Positions 42,137 through 51,465 of a stretch of 64,000 bases of DNA are shown here, one piece after another. Numbering within the stretch: the stretch's first letter is position 1; every line of letters starts with the position of its first letter. This DNA is from a virus (Duplodnaviria; Caudoviricetes), in the IMG/VR virus record IMGVR_UViG_3300044719_000028, positions 1 through 64,000 of that record; one strand, 5' to 3'. The notes beneath the pieces are model-generated. The model worked only from the letters and a program-made list of their open reading frames with translations. It was not told the origin of the DNA and did not search any database. Both the position numbers and the translations under genes were made by a program.

Positions 42137-44143
42137 ATGGCAATTACACCTCTACCAACTCCACCGTCAAGGCAAGACCCTGCAAATTTTTCTTCTAGGG
42201 CTGATGCTTTTTTTGATGCGCTCGCAACATTTTCTACTGAGATTAGTGATTTGCCGAATCAAGTTATCTCAGCAGGCTTGGCTGTTGAAAGTAACAACCC
42301 TCCTAGTAACCCTATCGACGGTCAAGAATGGCTTGACGCTACAAGTGGTCGGAGGTACACGTATGATGCAAATAGCTCCTGTTGGGCTGAGACTTACGCC
42401 ACCCTGTCTGTTGATAATCCGGCTTTGGTGCAGCAACTACGTGCTGAGATAGGTGTTGTAGGTGTTACCAAATTCGGTACAGTTGGTGATGGAGTGACAG
42501 ATGACAGTGCTGCTATTATCGCAGGACTTTCGACATTGACGGGGCGAAATCAACTCACATTTCCTTTGGGGGATTATTTACTTGGGAATAACGTCTCTGT
42601 CAATGGTAACGTTTTGTTGGAATTTAAAGCAGGTGCTCGTGTCGTCATTCCAGACGGTGTTACGCTGACGTTGAATGATTGTGAAATCCGGGCAGGTAGG
42701 CAGCAAATTTTCAAATGCATAGGTACAGGTAAAGTAGTTGGTACTGTCCGAAACGATCTGATTCTCCCCGAGTGGTGGGGCGCGATCGCCGACGGCCTGC
42801 ACCCGAACGTCGGCACCGACTTCTCGGACCGAGCAGCAGCGGCCGCGCGCAACGCGCCCCCACTCCAGGCGGCGCTTACCTTCGCAGGCAACCAGTACTC
42901 GTTCAACGGCAACACGGGCACCGTGTCGCTCACGTACGGATACTATGTCTACGATACGACGCTGTCGATTCCGCTCAGCGTCAACGTCGTCGGCTATGGC
43001 ATCGGCAGCGCACTGTTCTTCTATTCGGCAACCGGCAATGCAGTCGAATGCATCAATACGAATAATTCGATGCTCAAGGACTTCTTCATCGCACCGCTCG
43101 CCGGGCCAACGTGGAATGTGAGCACGGGGTATGGCCTGTATATGAAGAACGTCAGCACGCCGATTGTTGATAATGTGTGGTCATCCGGGTTCGGCAACGG
43201 CGTGAGCGGTGGTGGTACGTTCTATTTTGAAAGTGTTATCGAAGGACGCATTAGGGGCTTGATATCAGACAACTCTAACGGGACTGCCTATACGATTCGT
43301 GGAGTCGGTCAAGCTACAGTGTTTTACGGTTGTCTAAATGCTGGTACAAAACACGGCGCCGCCTTTGATATTCAAAACGGATATGACTGGACATTAATTG
43401 GCTGCACAGGTAAAGGTGGCTACACAGGTTTCACAAATGGCTTTTATCTGAACTCGTGCGAAGATATCAATTTAATTGGGTGCAGTACCTTCCGCGTCAA
43501 CCGTGAAGGTCTTCTAATGACCGCATCGGCTCTAAACTGCAACATCGCTAACATGACAGTTAACGATGCCAGCTCGGACAGTCCGGGAACATATGCGGGC
43601 ATGAACATCTCTGGAACGAGAATCACGCTAACTGCCCCTAAGGTGACATCTAATACTCCACAATATAGCTATGGTATTGCCCTGATGGGAGGTGCCACTG
43701 ACATAACTGTACAAAATCCAAACGTCACACCGGGAATACAGGGTTCGATTCTTGACGCACAACCTATTGGGTCGAACACATTCCCTGTACGTAAAGTGAC
43801 GACGACAACAGCCACTCCTACTACGATCTGGCAGAAAGCGTTGAATAACAACTGCTGCTGCTCCCTAGAGGCGACAGTAAATATGAAGCAACGAGGTGCC
43901 ACGGGGGAAAGCGCCACATTCAAGATTCGGGCACGTGCTGTTACAGGCACGAGTGGAACAACGTTGTCCTCGGGGGTTATTTACACGGATAAATCAAACA
44001 GTTCGTCAACTGTAAATGCTTCGTTTGTACTTTCTAATAGTGCAGCAAACAACGGTATGGTGGATTTGCAAATTACAGGACTTGGTAGTGGCCTTTCAAT
44101 TGATTGGGAAGCTACCATTAATGTAATTTCTGTTACTGGATAG
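42137..44143 (+). CDS. tailspike/depolymerase 1 (beta-helix, 668 aa)
   Basis: Anchor MAITPLPTPPSR.DP.NF..RADAF; FGTVGDGVTDDSAAI pectate-lyase-like start; Asn/Gly-rich helix. Confidence 0.85.
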   Translation: MAITPLPTPPSRQDPANFSSRADAFFDALATFSTEISDLPNQVISAGLAVESNNPPSNPIDGQEWLDATSGRRYTYDANSSCWAETYATLSVDNPALVQQLRAEIGVVGVTKFGTVGDGVTDDSAAIIAGLSTLTGRNQLTFPLGDYLLGNNVSVNGNVLLEFKAGARVVIPDGVTLTLNDCEIRAGRQQIFKCIGTGKVVGTVRNDLILPEWWGAIADGLHPNVGTDFSDRAAAAARNAPPLQAALTFAGNQYSFNGNTGTVSLTYGYYVYDTTLSIPLSVNVVGYGIGSALFFYSATGNAVECINTNNSMLKDFFIAPLAGPTWNVSTGYGLYMKNVSTPIVDNVWSSGFGNGVSGGGTFYFESVIEGRIRGLISDNSNGTAYTIRGVGQATVFYGCLNAGTKHGAAFDIQNGYDWTLIGCTGKGGYTGFTNGFYLNSCEDINLIGCSTFRVNREGLLMTASALNCNIANMTVNDASSDSPGTYAGMNISGTRITLTAPKVTSNTPQYSYGIALMGGATDITVQNPNVTPGIQGSILDAQPIGSNTFPVRKVTTTTATPTTIWQKALNNNCCCSLEATVNMKQRGATGESATFKIRARAVTGTSGTTLSSGVIYTDKSNSSSTVNASFVLSNSAANNGMVDLQITGLGSGLSIDWEATINVISVTG

Positions 44144-44157
44144 TAAAGAAAGAGAAT

Positions 44158-46017
44158 ATGATTAACTTCCCCTCAAACCCTACTTTAAATCAAGTGTACA
44201 CATTTGGTGTAAAAACTTGGAAATGGAATGGTCGCGCTTGGGATTTGCAGACTATCAGTGATGTACAAGTGCAGCGTGCTGAGACTGCTGCCACAAACGC
44301 ACAAGCATCTGCAAATGCTCTCCGGGTAGCTGATTACGCAGCGCTACGTTCACTTACAGCAAATGTGCCCGTCGTTTACGTTAGCGGGTATGCAACAACA
44401 ACATCCCCATCGGGCATTGCGGGAACGTTTGTTAGGGACGACGCGGACACCACAAGTCTTGACAATGCTGCGACTGTTATTGTCGATAGTAGTGGCAGGA
44501 GGTGGAAACGGCAGTACAGTGGTGCCGTGTTGCCACAATGGTTTGGTGCCAGAGGCGACGGTGTAACCGACGATACAGCAGCGATACAAGCAGCACTGGA
44601 TGCCTCCTACGCCGTGTTTCTTCCAAATGGCAGATACAAGATCACCTCCCCTTTGATTTTCGATACAAGTGTTACTCTTACTGCTAACAAGCGAGGCGCA
44701 ACAATCGTAGCTGGCAGCGGTTTTGCTGCTGGTAATATCTCCCGTACATATGTTGACAGTAACTCTGTTACGCAAACCTTGACGTGGAATGACAAGGCGG
44801 CAATGTATCTTGTCTGTCCTAATAATAGTTACTTAACAGATGTTACCATTGACGGCGTGAGCTTTGATCTGCCTTCTGATGGCAGTATCGGTGCCATCAA
44901 TGGTAAGCGCATCTGCTATTCCAATTTCTCCAATCTTTTCTGTAACTATTCTGCCTATTTCGCTAAAGGTTACGACATGTGGGAGATTGGTTGGGAAAAT
45001 ATTCGTTCTCGTTTCAGTAAAGATCACTTCAACCTTGACACCGGCACGAGTAACACATTTACGAACGTTGCATGCGATACGAAGAATAGCAGTGGTGGCA
45101 CAGGGTTTACGTTCAAGAATCTGAATTACTCGTTTATGTCAGGTTGTGCAGCAGACAGTCTTGATCGTTGCTACTATTTCGATAATTCCAATTTCGTTGT
45201 ATCTGGTTGTGGTGCCGAGTCATTCAGCCGTATTGCGCAAGCAGTTAACGGTGCCCAAGTGACGTTCATCGGGGGTGCACTGGAGATTTGGAAGATTTCC
45301 AGCTTCACAGGAACTGCAACCCCCTATGATTTTAGTGGAGCTAACACAAAGATCAAATTCTTCGGCACTTGGCTTGGTATTAGGAATCCCGCTTCTGCTG
45401 GCGGAAACTACGACAAGATGGCTATCACGGGTGGCGCAGATGTTGTCATGGACGGACGTGGACCGACTGAAATTGCATCTAAATGGTGGTACATCGCAGG
45501 CACTGACTCTGCATTGACAGTGAAGGATTCGTCAACTGGTGTCACCTATTACAACCAATATGGTGCAAGTCGTAGAAGCGCAACTTCAAGCATGAAGGCG
45601 TTTGAAACCACGAAGACGATTGCTGCGGGTTCTGCGCAAGGCATCTTCCGTATTAACAATGCGTCAGATGGGAGTTCTTACGGTGCAAACTGTTTTGGAG
45701 AAATTAAAGTTATGCTCCTCAACAGCTACAACCCTGATATTGGTTTTGTAGGCGCCCAGACATATCAGTTCGCATGCTACAGGGAGACCACAACAGCACA
45801 GAATCTGGTTAAAGTTGGTGACGCAACAGCGGTGACCAACACAGGAGGTGCCCCTCTTGGCACCATTACTGGTGTGCTTGTACGGAATGCCGATAACACG
45901 ATTGATTTCCAGATTACGATTCCTTCGTCATACGGTACGACCACTGTCACCGTTTTTGTGGAGTATATGAATAACGTTGGTGGAAATCCTGCATCTGAAG
46001 TAATTACGAGTCTGTAA
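44158..46017 (+). CDS. tailspike/depolymerase 2 (beta-helix, 619 aa)
   Basis: N-terminal MINFPSNPTLNQVYTFG..TWKWNGRAW; WFGARGDGVTDDTAAIQAAL. Confidence 0.85.
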   Translation: MINFPSNPTLNQVYTFGVKTWKWNGRAWDLQTISDVQVQRAETAATNAQASANALRVADYAALRSLTANVPVVYVSGYATTTSPSGIAGTFVRDDADTTSLDNAATVIVDSSGRRWKRQYSGAVLPQWFGARGDGVTDDTAAIQAALDASYAVFLPNGRYKITSPLIFDTSVTLTANKRGATIVAGSGFAAGNISRTYVDSNSVTQTLTWNDKAAMYLVCPNNSYLTDVTIDGVSFDLPSDGSIGAINGKRICYSNFSNLFCNYSAYFAKGYDMWEIGWENIRSRFSKDHFNLDTGTSNTFTNVACDTKNSSGGTGFTFKNLNYSFMSGCAADSLDRCYYFDNSNFVVSGCGAESFSRIAQAVNGAQVTFIGGALEIWKISSFTGTATPYDFSGANTKIKFFGTWLGIRNPASAGGNYDKMAITGGADVVMDGRGPTEIASKWWYIAGTDSALTVKDSSTGVTYYNQYGASRRSATSSMKAFETTKTIAAGSAQGIFRINNASDGSSYGANCFGEIKVMLLNSYNPDIGFVGAQTYQFACYRETTTAQNLVKVGDATAVTNTGGAPLGTITGVLVRNADNTIDFQITIPSSYGTTTVTVFVEYMNNVGGNPASEVITSL

Positions 46018-46067
46018 TACCTGCACGTTGGGTCCAACAAGACTAATGAAGATTGATAGGAAATATA

Positions 46068-47090
46068 ATGGCAATTACACCTCTACCAACTCCTCCTAAT
46101 AGGAGCGACCCCAATAACTTCGCTGTTAGGGCTGATGCGTTCATGGCGGCACTCCCTACGTTTGCCTCTGAAGCGAATGCCTTAGCGTCCACAATGACCA
46201 GCATTGCATCAGGCGGTGCAATATCTATCCCTTACAAGTTTGATACGGCAACAACGAACGCCGATCCGGGCGCTGGTAAGCTTAGGTTGTCTAGTGGCAC
46301 GCAGAACACAGCAACGGCAATTTACCTTGATTTGCTCGGTTCAGATAACACAGACTACAGTGCTGTCACTAATACATTCGATGCATCCACTAGTGCAACC
46401 AAGGGATACATCATGCTGCGCAAAGCCGGAGACGTTTCTAAATGGCTTCTGTTCAGCGTTACAGGCAGGGCTGTTGTGTCGGGCTACAGGGCATTCAACG
46501 TGACTTATGTTGCAGGTACATCGGCCAGTCCTTTCGCACTGAATGATAATATCACATTGCAATATACACCTAACGGCGATAAGGGGGATATCGGGGCAAC
46601 ACCAACACAGTATTTTACACTGCTTCAGAGTGCAACGATTCCTTCCGGTGTGGCTTATGTAGATTTCTTAACCGTGTTTTCATCTGGCTACGACCACTAC
46701 ATGATTGACTTAGCGGGTGTTAACGTTTCTAATGCAACGTCGTTAAACTTTTATTTTGTTACTGGTGGAAGTGTCGTGGATTCTTCCAACAATTACTATC
46801 TTGGCGCGGACGGTGCGTCATCTATAACTCCTGCTACATCTTTCTCATTTGGTATTCTTTCAGCGAGCAATCCTTCTACACTAACTGCCACACTCGAAGT
46901 GAAGAATGCGAATTCTGCGAGCATCCCGAAAAGCTTTTCTGTCAGAGGAAATAGTAATCTTGCGATATTTGTCAAAGAGGGAGTTTGGTACGTAACCAAT
47001 GCTGCACCGACAGGCTTCCGTATTATGCCCGGTAACTCTTTTACTTTCACTGGCGGCACTATCAAAGTGTACGGCATTAAAAATAGCTGA
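46068..47090 (+). CDS. tail fibre protein (340 aa)
   Basis: Same anchor as 42137 (MAITPLPTPPNRSDP.NF..RADAF); no beta-helix. Confidence 0.8.
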   Translation: MAITPLPTPPNRSDPNNFAVRADAFMAALPTFASEANALASTMTSIASGGAISIPYKFDTATTNADPGAGKLRLSSGTQNTATAIYLDLLGSDNTDYSAVTNTFDASTSATKGYIMLRKAGDVSKWLLFSVTGRAVVSGYRAFNVTYVAGTSASPFALNDNITLQYTPNGDKGDIGATPTQYFTLLQSATIPSGVAYVDFLTVFSSGYDHYMIDLAGVNVSNATSLNFYFVTGGSVVDSSNNYYLGADGASSITPATSFSFGILSASNPSTLTATLEVKNANSASIPKSFSVRGNSNLAIFVKEGVWYVTNAAPTGFRIMPGNSFTFTGGTIKVYGIKNS

Positions 47091-47100
47091 TGGAGGCTTT

Positions 47101-47436
47101 ATGACGTTTCAAGTATTGGTAGATGGTGAGTTACGGGACGCCACTCCAGAAGAGATTGCGGAATTGGAAGCATTACGTGCATCCGAGAGGCAGATTGTAC
47201 CAGCACAAGTGACAATGAGGCAAGCCCGTCTTGCCTTGTTTAACGCTGGGAAGCTCGCTAATGTAGACGCAGCAATTAACTCCCTCCCAAGCCCTCAGAA
47301 AGAGGTGGCTCAGATTGAGTGGGAGTTCTCCAGCACTGTAGAGCGAGGCAGGGATATTACGACAAGTATTGCAACTGCCCTTGGTATGAGTGAACAGGAT
47401 TTGGACAACTTGTTTATCGAAGCTTCTAAACTATAA
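47101..47436 (+). CDS. tail fibre assembly-like protein (111 aa)
   Basis: VTMRQARLAL...IEWEFSSTVER...LDNLFIEA pattern; GGAGG RBS. Confidence 0.7.
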   Translation: MTFQVLVDGELRDATPEEIAELEALRASERQIVPAQVTMRQARLALFNAGKLANVDAAINSLPSPQKEVAQIEWEFSSTVERGRDITTSIATALGMSEQDLDNLFIEASKL

Positions 47437-47444
47437 GGACATGC

Positions 47445-47954
47445 ATGAAATACTCTGAATTTAAGAAAGTATGCCAGAGCGGGGATTTAATAGCAGTGAG
47501 CCACCAAGAGTGGGAGAGCATTTCTGATATAGAGTCGCAGATTGTCCGCATGGCTACTGAATCAGAGTATAGCCATGTGTGCGTACTTGTCAAAGATAAT
47601 GATGGAAAGCCTTGCGTCCTAGAAGCTGTAGTTCCTGAAGTGACTGTTAGCCCGCTTACGAAGTATTTGAATAGTGGCTTCTACCATATTGCCACACCAG
47701 ACAAACCAATGAGCAAGGAAGAAGAAGCTTACGGGATGTCTAAAGTAGGTCAGAGCTATTCCAAGCTAGAAGCAGTTGCTGGATATCTTGACTTGCTTCC
47801 TATTGGTGGGGATGAGCTTTGGCAATGCAGCGAGCTTACGATTGCTATGCGTAAGCTTTCAGGATTGGACCTTGGGCCACATGCTACACCGGCAGCAGTA
47901 GTAAAACAAGCCCTTTTGCGGGGATATGAACTCAAACTGATTGAAAGGGATTGA
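47445..47954 (+). CDS. permuted papain-like amidase (YiiX/YaeF family, 169 aa)
   Basis: GDLI, YSHV (His) preceding CSEL (Cys). Confidence 0.8.
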   Translation: MKYSEFKKVCQSGDLIAVSHQEWESISDIESQIVRMATESEYSHVCVLVKDNDGKPCVLEAVVPEVTVSPLTKYLNSGFYHIATPDKPMSKEEEAYGMSKVGQSYSKLEAVAGYLDLLPIGGDELWQCSELTIAMRKLSGLDLGPHATPAAVVKQALLRGYELKLIERD

Positions 47955-47957
47955 TAT

Positions 47958-48239
47958 ATGGACTACTCGTTGTTTCTCGGACCTGTACAGGCATTGTTGG
48001 GTGCTCTCTGCGCAGTGCTGTGGGCGAGTTTGACAGAGACGAAGAAGAAGGCTGAGAAGGTGGAAGCAGACCTTGCGCAGTTCAAGGTGGACGCAGCAAC
48101 GAATTTCACCACTAAACATGAGATGCGTGCAGCTATTGAGTCTCTTAGCAAAGTTATCGAAGCGCAAGGCAACCGCATCGAAAGCCGTTTCGATAAAATT
48201 GAAGATCGTCTGAGCAAGATGTTGGAGCACAAGGACTGA
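47958..48239 (+). CDS. holin-like/membrane coiled-coil protein (93 aa)
   Basis: One N-terminal TM plus coiled coil, directly before the endolysin. Confidence 0.55.
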   Translation: MDYSLFLGPVQALLGALCAVLWASLTETKKKAEKVEADLAQFKVDAATNFTTKHEMRAAIESLSKVIEAQGNRIESRFDKIEDRLSKMLEHKD

Positions 48240-48240
48240 C

Positions 48241-48774
48241 ATGGACATCACGCTTGAACAGTTGGTAGCCATTTCTCCTTACACCAAATCTCGTGCAAGC
48301 GTATTCCTGCCTTACCTCAACGCTGCTATGAGGGAGTTTGACATTACAACTCCACTGCGTCAAGCAGCGTTTCTTGGGCAGATATTACACGAGAGCGGGA
48401 GTTTGGTGTACACGGAAGAGATTGCATCTGGCAAGGCATACAATGGGAGAGTTGATCTTGGTAACACTCAACCGGGAGATGGAGAACGCTTTAAAGGCAG
48501 ATCGCTAATTCAGATCACAGGGCGTGTAAATTACGTCAAGGTGATGCTTGCCCTTGGAATCGATTGTCTTGTTCATCCAGAGATGTTGGCACAGCCTGAA
48601 AACGCTTGTAGGGCATCGGCATGGTGGTGGCACGATCATAAGTTAAATGAGATTGCAGACCTAGGCACACAAGACGCTTATCGAAAAATAACCAGAACTA
48701 TTAATGGCGGCTACAACGGATGGGAGGATCGTCTTGCCATCTATAACCTAGCAAGAGAGGTGTTGGGATGTTAG
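48241..48774 (+). CDS. glycoside hydrolase family 19 endolysin (177 aa)
   Basis: QILHESGSL, FKGRSLIQITGRVNY and TRTINGGYNG. Confidence 0.92.
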   Translation: MDITLEQLVAISPYTKSRASVFLPYLNAAMREFDITTPLRQAAFLGQILHESGSLVYTEEIASGKAYNGRVDLGNTQPGDGERFKGRSLIQITGRVNYVKVMLALGIDCLVHPEMLAQPENACRASAWWWHDHKLNEIADLGTQDAYRKITRTINGGYNGWEDRLAIYNLAREVLGC

Positions 48775-49226
48775 AGAAGATGAAGGCTCTGATGAGCCTG
48801 TTTAAACAGGGGTCGGCTGTTGCTGATCCTGCAAAATGGAAGAACCGGCAGATTAGCGCGACGATGCTTGCTGGCTTAATTATTGCTATTGTACAACTTG
48901 CACGAGCATTTGGGTATGAGATTCCGATTGACACTGACACGGCTACAGCTATTGCAGGCGGGTTTATTGCTGTTTTTAACACTGTCTTCACAGTGGTCAC
49001 AAGCAAGCACGTCGGACTGCCCACGAGCACCGTACGAGAAACCAAACAGGCTTTGCCAAGCGATGAACAGCCTGCCGAAGAAGAGTCCGCCACAGTGCAA
49101 GTTGAAGCCACATCTAATGATGGACGAGGAGTTATTAATACATCAGTTGATGACGACGTACGTGCTCGTGCCATTGAATGGTCAAGACAACACACATCAA
49201 CAAACGTATTCACAAATGATGCTTAA
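48768..49226 (+). CDS. putative holin (152 aa, 2 TM)
   Basis: Hydrophobic segments MLAGLIIAIVQLA and AIAGGFIAVFNTVFTVV after the endolysin. Confidence 0.55.
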   Translation: MLEKMKALMSLFKQGSAVADPAKWKNRQISATMLAGLIIAIVQLARAFGYEIPIDTDTATAIAGGFIAVFNTVFTVVTSKHVGLPTSTVRETKQALPSDEQPAEEESATVQVEATSNDGRGVINTSVDDDVRARAIEWSRQHTSTNVFTNDA

Positions 49227-49339
49227 CTCCGTCAAGGGAGTTGACATCACGTTGAAATGTCGATTATGATTAAAAGCGTGAGATAGCACTAACTGGCCCT
49301 CACGCTTTCCCTTAAGCGTCTTTGGTAGAGACTGCTTTA

Positions 49340-49371
49340 GCCCCTTCACCGTGAGGTGTTGGGGCATTTTT
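49340..49371 (+). terminator. terminator at the junction of late and replication arms
   Basis: GCCCCTTCACC-GTGA-GGTGTTGGGGC-ATTTTT. Confidence 0.65.
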
Positions 49372-49375
49372 ATTA

Positions 49376-49648
49376 TCAGGCTGCTTGTTGTTGTGCGCCT
49401 TTTGCAAACGCCTTGATATCATTGTAGAAAGTCACGAACGCAGCGATAACTTCGGTGATGTGGCTCAGCAGAGCATCGAACGGCATCGGGGGGCTAGAAG
49501 CTTCGTAGATCGATTTGATAATTGCAACTGCAAGGTCTTTCTTCTTGGCGCCATTGCCTGCACCGACAGCAGCTTCAACGTTCTTAACAGTGTCGCTGAT
49601 GACTGGCAGCAGAGGGGCGACAACTTTACCAACAGTGATGATGTTCAT
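49376..49648 (-). CDS. amphipathic holin-like protein (90 aa)
   Basis: VEAAVGAGNGAKKKDLAV resembles LL-H-type holins; own promoter and AAGGA RBS. Confidence 0.5.
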   Translation of the reverse strand: MNIITVGKVVAPLLPVISDTVKNVEAAVGAGNGAKKKDLAVAIIKSIYEASSPPMPFDALLSHITEVIAAFVTFYNDIKAFAKGAQQQAA

Positions 49649-49763
49649 TTGATCTTTTCCTTAATTTAACTTGGTAGAGGTTAGTGTTTGTGCTTCGTGG
49701 CCGTTCGGCTCTTGTTCTGTCTGTTTCCTAGGGAAATCCTTGTTCTGAATCAACCCTGAAGTA

Positions 49764-49792
49764 AGGATATCCTCAGGAAACATTACTGTCAA
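49764..49792 (-). promoter_or_regulatory. sigma70-like promoter
   Basis: TTGACA-17-TATCCT on - strand. Confidence 0.55.
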
Positions 49793-49900
49793 TCCATATT
49801 TGAGATAAATCACGCTCTATAGCAACAGCATATACATGATCTTGTGTAAATGTTGCGTGAATTGTCACAGTGACTGTCAGTTAGTCATCTCAAGATGACT

Positions 49901-50164
49901 TTATTCATCGACCGCTTTACTCAGAGCATCAAGAGTTTCCGCTTCGGCAACGATGTCCTTGGTGGTGGCTTTGTAGCGAGCCGTGATGAACTTACGAACG
50001 ATCTTTTTGTCAAGCTTCATCTTGTCCGATGCCTCTTGAACAAGGGTCTTGAAGTCTTCTGCGAGAGCTTCTTTCTCAGCCAGCACGTTGATGCCACGGC
50101 GCAGGAAGTTGGTCAGTTCGTCTGCATTCACAGTTGCGTTATCGATGGTGATCGTCTTAGTCAT
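49901..50164 (-). CDS. T4 DsbA/GapR-like dsDNA-binding protein (87 aa)
   Basis: KEALAEDFKTLVQEASDKMKLDKKIVRKFITARY pattern. Confidence 0.6.
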   Translation of the reverse strand: MTKTITIDNATVNADELTNFLRRGINVLAEKEALAEDFKTLVQEASDKMKLDKKIVRKFITARYKATTKDIVAEAETLDALSKAVDE

Positions 50165-50174
50165 TGTTGATCCT

Positions 50175-50765
50175 TTAATCGTCAATATTTACAGTAAAAT
50201 TTTTAAGTGCTTCGTATGCTCGTGGATCGATTTTGTCTTTCCACTTTTCGGCAAGAAGTTTAGCTATTTCTTCCTTGCGATTCTTATATGCGAGGAATGC
50301 TTCTTCTGGAGTTTCAAAGTAACCAATTTTCCGGTATAACCCTGTTCCGGATGAAGCACATTCTGCACAAAACTTGTGTCTCCGATCTTGGCAATAAGAA
50401 ACACCAATAGGATATTTACCTCTGGCCCGTTTAGATTTTGTAAGAAACTGGTTGATTGCCTTGGGGAGAAATACGCAAGTCTCCGAAGAATAAACTTTTC
50501 CAAAACTTGACAACAAATCTTTATCTAACTGGAAGTTTTCTTCGCAGTATCCTACTTGAGTTTGACACCAATCCGCAAACTCTTGAAAGTCTTTAAAGGA
50601 CACTTCAACACCTTTGTATGTTGGATTTCGCTCCAACATCTTTCCAGATGTTCTACTTTGGATCGCCCACCAAAGCATTCCTGCCTTTGTATATACCCTG
50701 CCTTTCCCAGTCCCTACATACCAAACCCAACCTCCGTCGGAATGCTTAAAGTCCGGTATCTTCAT
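50175..50765 (-). CDS. HNH-family homing endonuclease with AP2-like tail (196 aa)
   Basis: FQLDKDLL...YSSETCVFLP..IN, YPIGVS, GYFETPEEAFLAY. Confidence 0.8.
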   Translation of the reverse strand: MKIPDFKHSDGGWVWYVGTGKGRVYTKAGMLWWAIQSRTSGKMLERNPTYKGVEVSFKDFQEFADWCQTQVGYCEENFQLDKDLLSSFGKVYSSETCVFLPKAINQFLTKSKRARGKYPIGVSYCQDRRHKFCAECASSGTGLYRKIGYFETPEEAFLAYKNRKEEIAKLLAEKWKDKIDPRAYEALKNFTVNIDD

Positions 50766-50965
50766 TTCACTTTTTGCTCACGGCGCTCGCGCTTTTCCCA
50801 ATTTATCCAAGTACCTTGCTCAGCACTGTTATGAAACAACTTGCCACGTTTAAGAGCCTTCACAACCCCGTTGGCTGCTGCACGGCGACTACGGTAAGCC
50901 TCGAAAGATTCGCCTTCACCTCGTACCAGAGTGTTGTAAGCGGTTTGAGTAGTTTGTTTAGTCAT
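50762..50965 (-). CDS. hypothetical protein (67 aa)
   Basis: ATGA overlaps. Confidence 0.65.
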   Translation of the reverse strand: MTKQTTQTAYNTLVRGEGESFEAYRSRRAAANGVVKALKRGKLFHNSAEQGTWINWEKRERREQKVK

Positions 50966-51264
50966 TCAAATTCTCCGTCATATTTGTATTCACTAGAATT
51001 GTTGATCGCCCAAGGGTAGTCATCAATCCACACATCAATAAGAACACCGTTCTTCTCGGTGTACTCTTTCTTAGCTTGCAGGTCAGTGGCGAAGAATCCG
51101 TGCACTTTCCCGTCAAGCTTTTCATACACTTCAGGCATCATTCCTTCGTTACGCCAAGTCACCAAATAAATCTTATGACCCGCTTTGCGGAAGATGTCTA
51201 GCACTTTGTCCCATGTTGCAGGGTCACGAGTGTATGTGTCATCGAAGTCGATCCCTATGTTCAT
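50962..51264 (-). CDS. HAD-like phosphatase (100 aa)
   Basis: IGIDFDDT, LVTWR and WIDD motifs. Confidence 0.75.
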   Translation of the reverse strand: MNIGIDFDDTYTRDPATWDKVLDIFRKAGHKIYLVTWRNEGMMPEVYEKLDGKVHGFFATDLQAKKEYTEKNGVLIDVWIDDYPWAINNSSEYKYDGEFE

Positions 51265-51437
51265 CAAGCTTCTTCTACACTAAAGTACGAAACAAAGTTT
51301 TTATTAAAGCCGACTCGTGGGCTGTATTTAGAATCCCCTCGGTAAAGATAAAGAAAGTCTCCCTCTTCACCTACAGCCACGACATCCTCTACGACATTCG
51401 TGCAATCATTTCTAGTTGTTACGGTCACGGTGTACAT
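51264..51437 (-). CDS. hypothetical protein (57 aa)
   Basis: Hand-translated MYTVTVTTRNDCTNVVEDVV...; TGATG coupling. Confidence 0.5.
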   Translation of the reverse strand: MYTVTVTTRNDCTNVVEDVVAVGEEGDFLYLYRGDSKYSPRVGFNKNFVSYFSVEEA

Positions 51438-51465
51438 GATAGCCTTTTACGCAAATACCTCGCCG

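Noticed and set aside
42137-47436. Invertible tail-fibre switch or diversity-generating retroelement
   Set aside because: The repeats are direct, not inverted; there is no adjacent invertase, reverse transcriptase or TR/VR pair.
48883-49269. Out-of-frame ORF inside the 152-aa lysis gene as an embedded o-spanin
   Set aside because: It has a hydrophobic stretch, but the Cys context STSDC is not a lipobox and there is no RBS.
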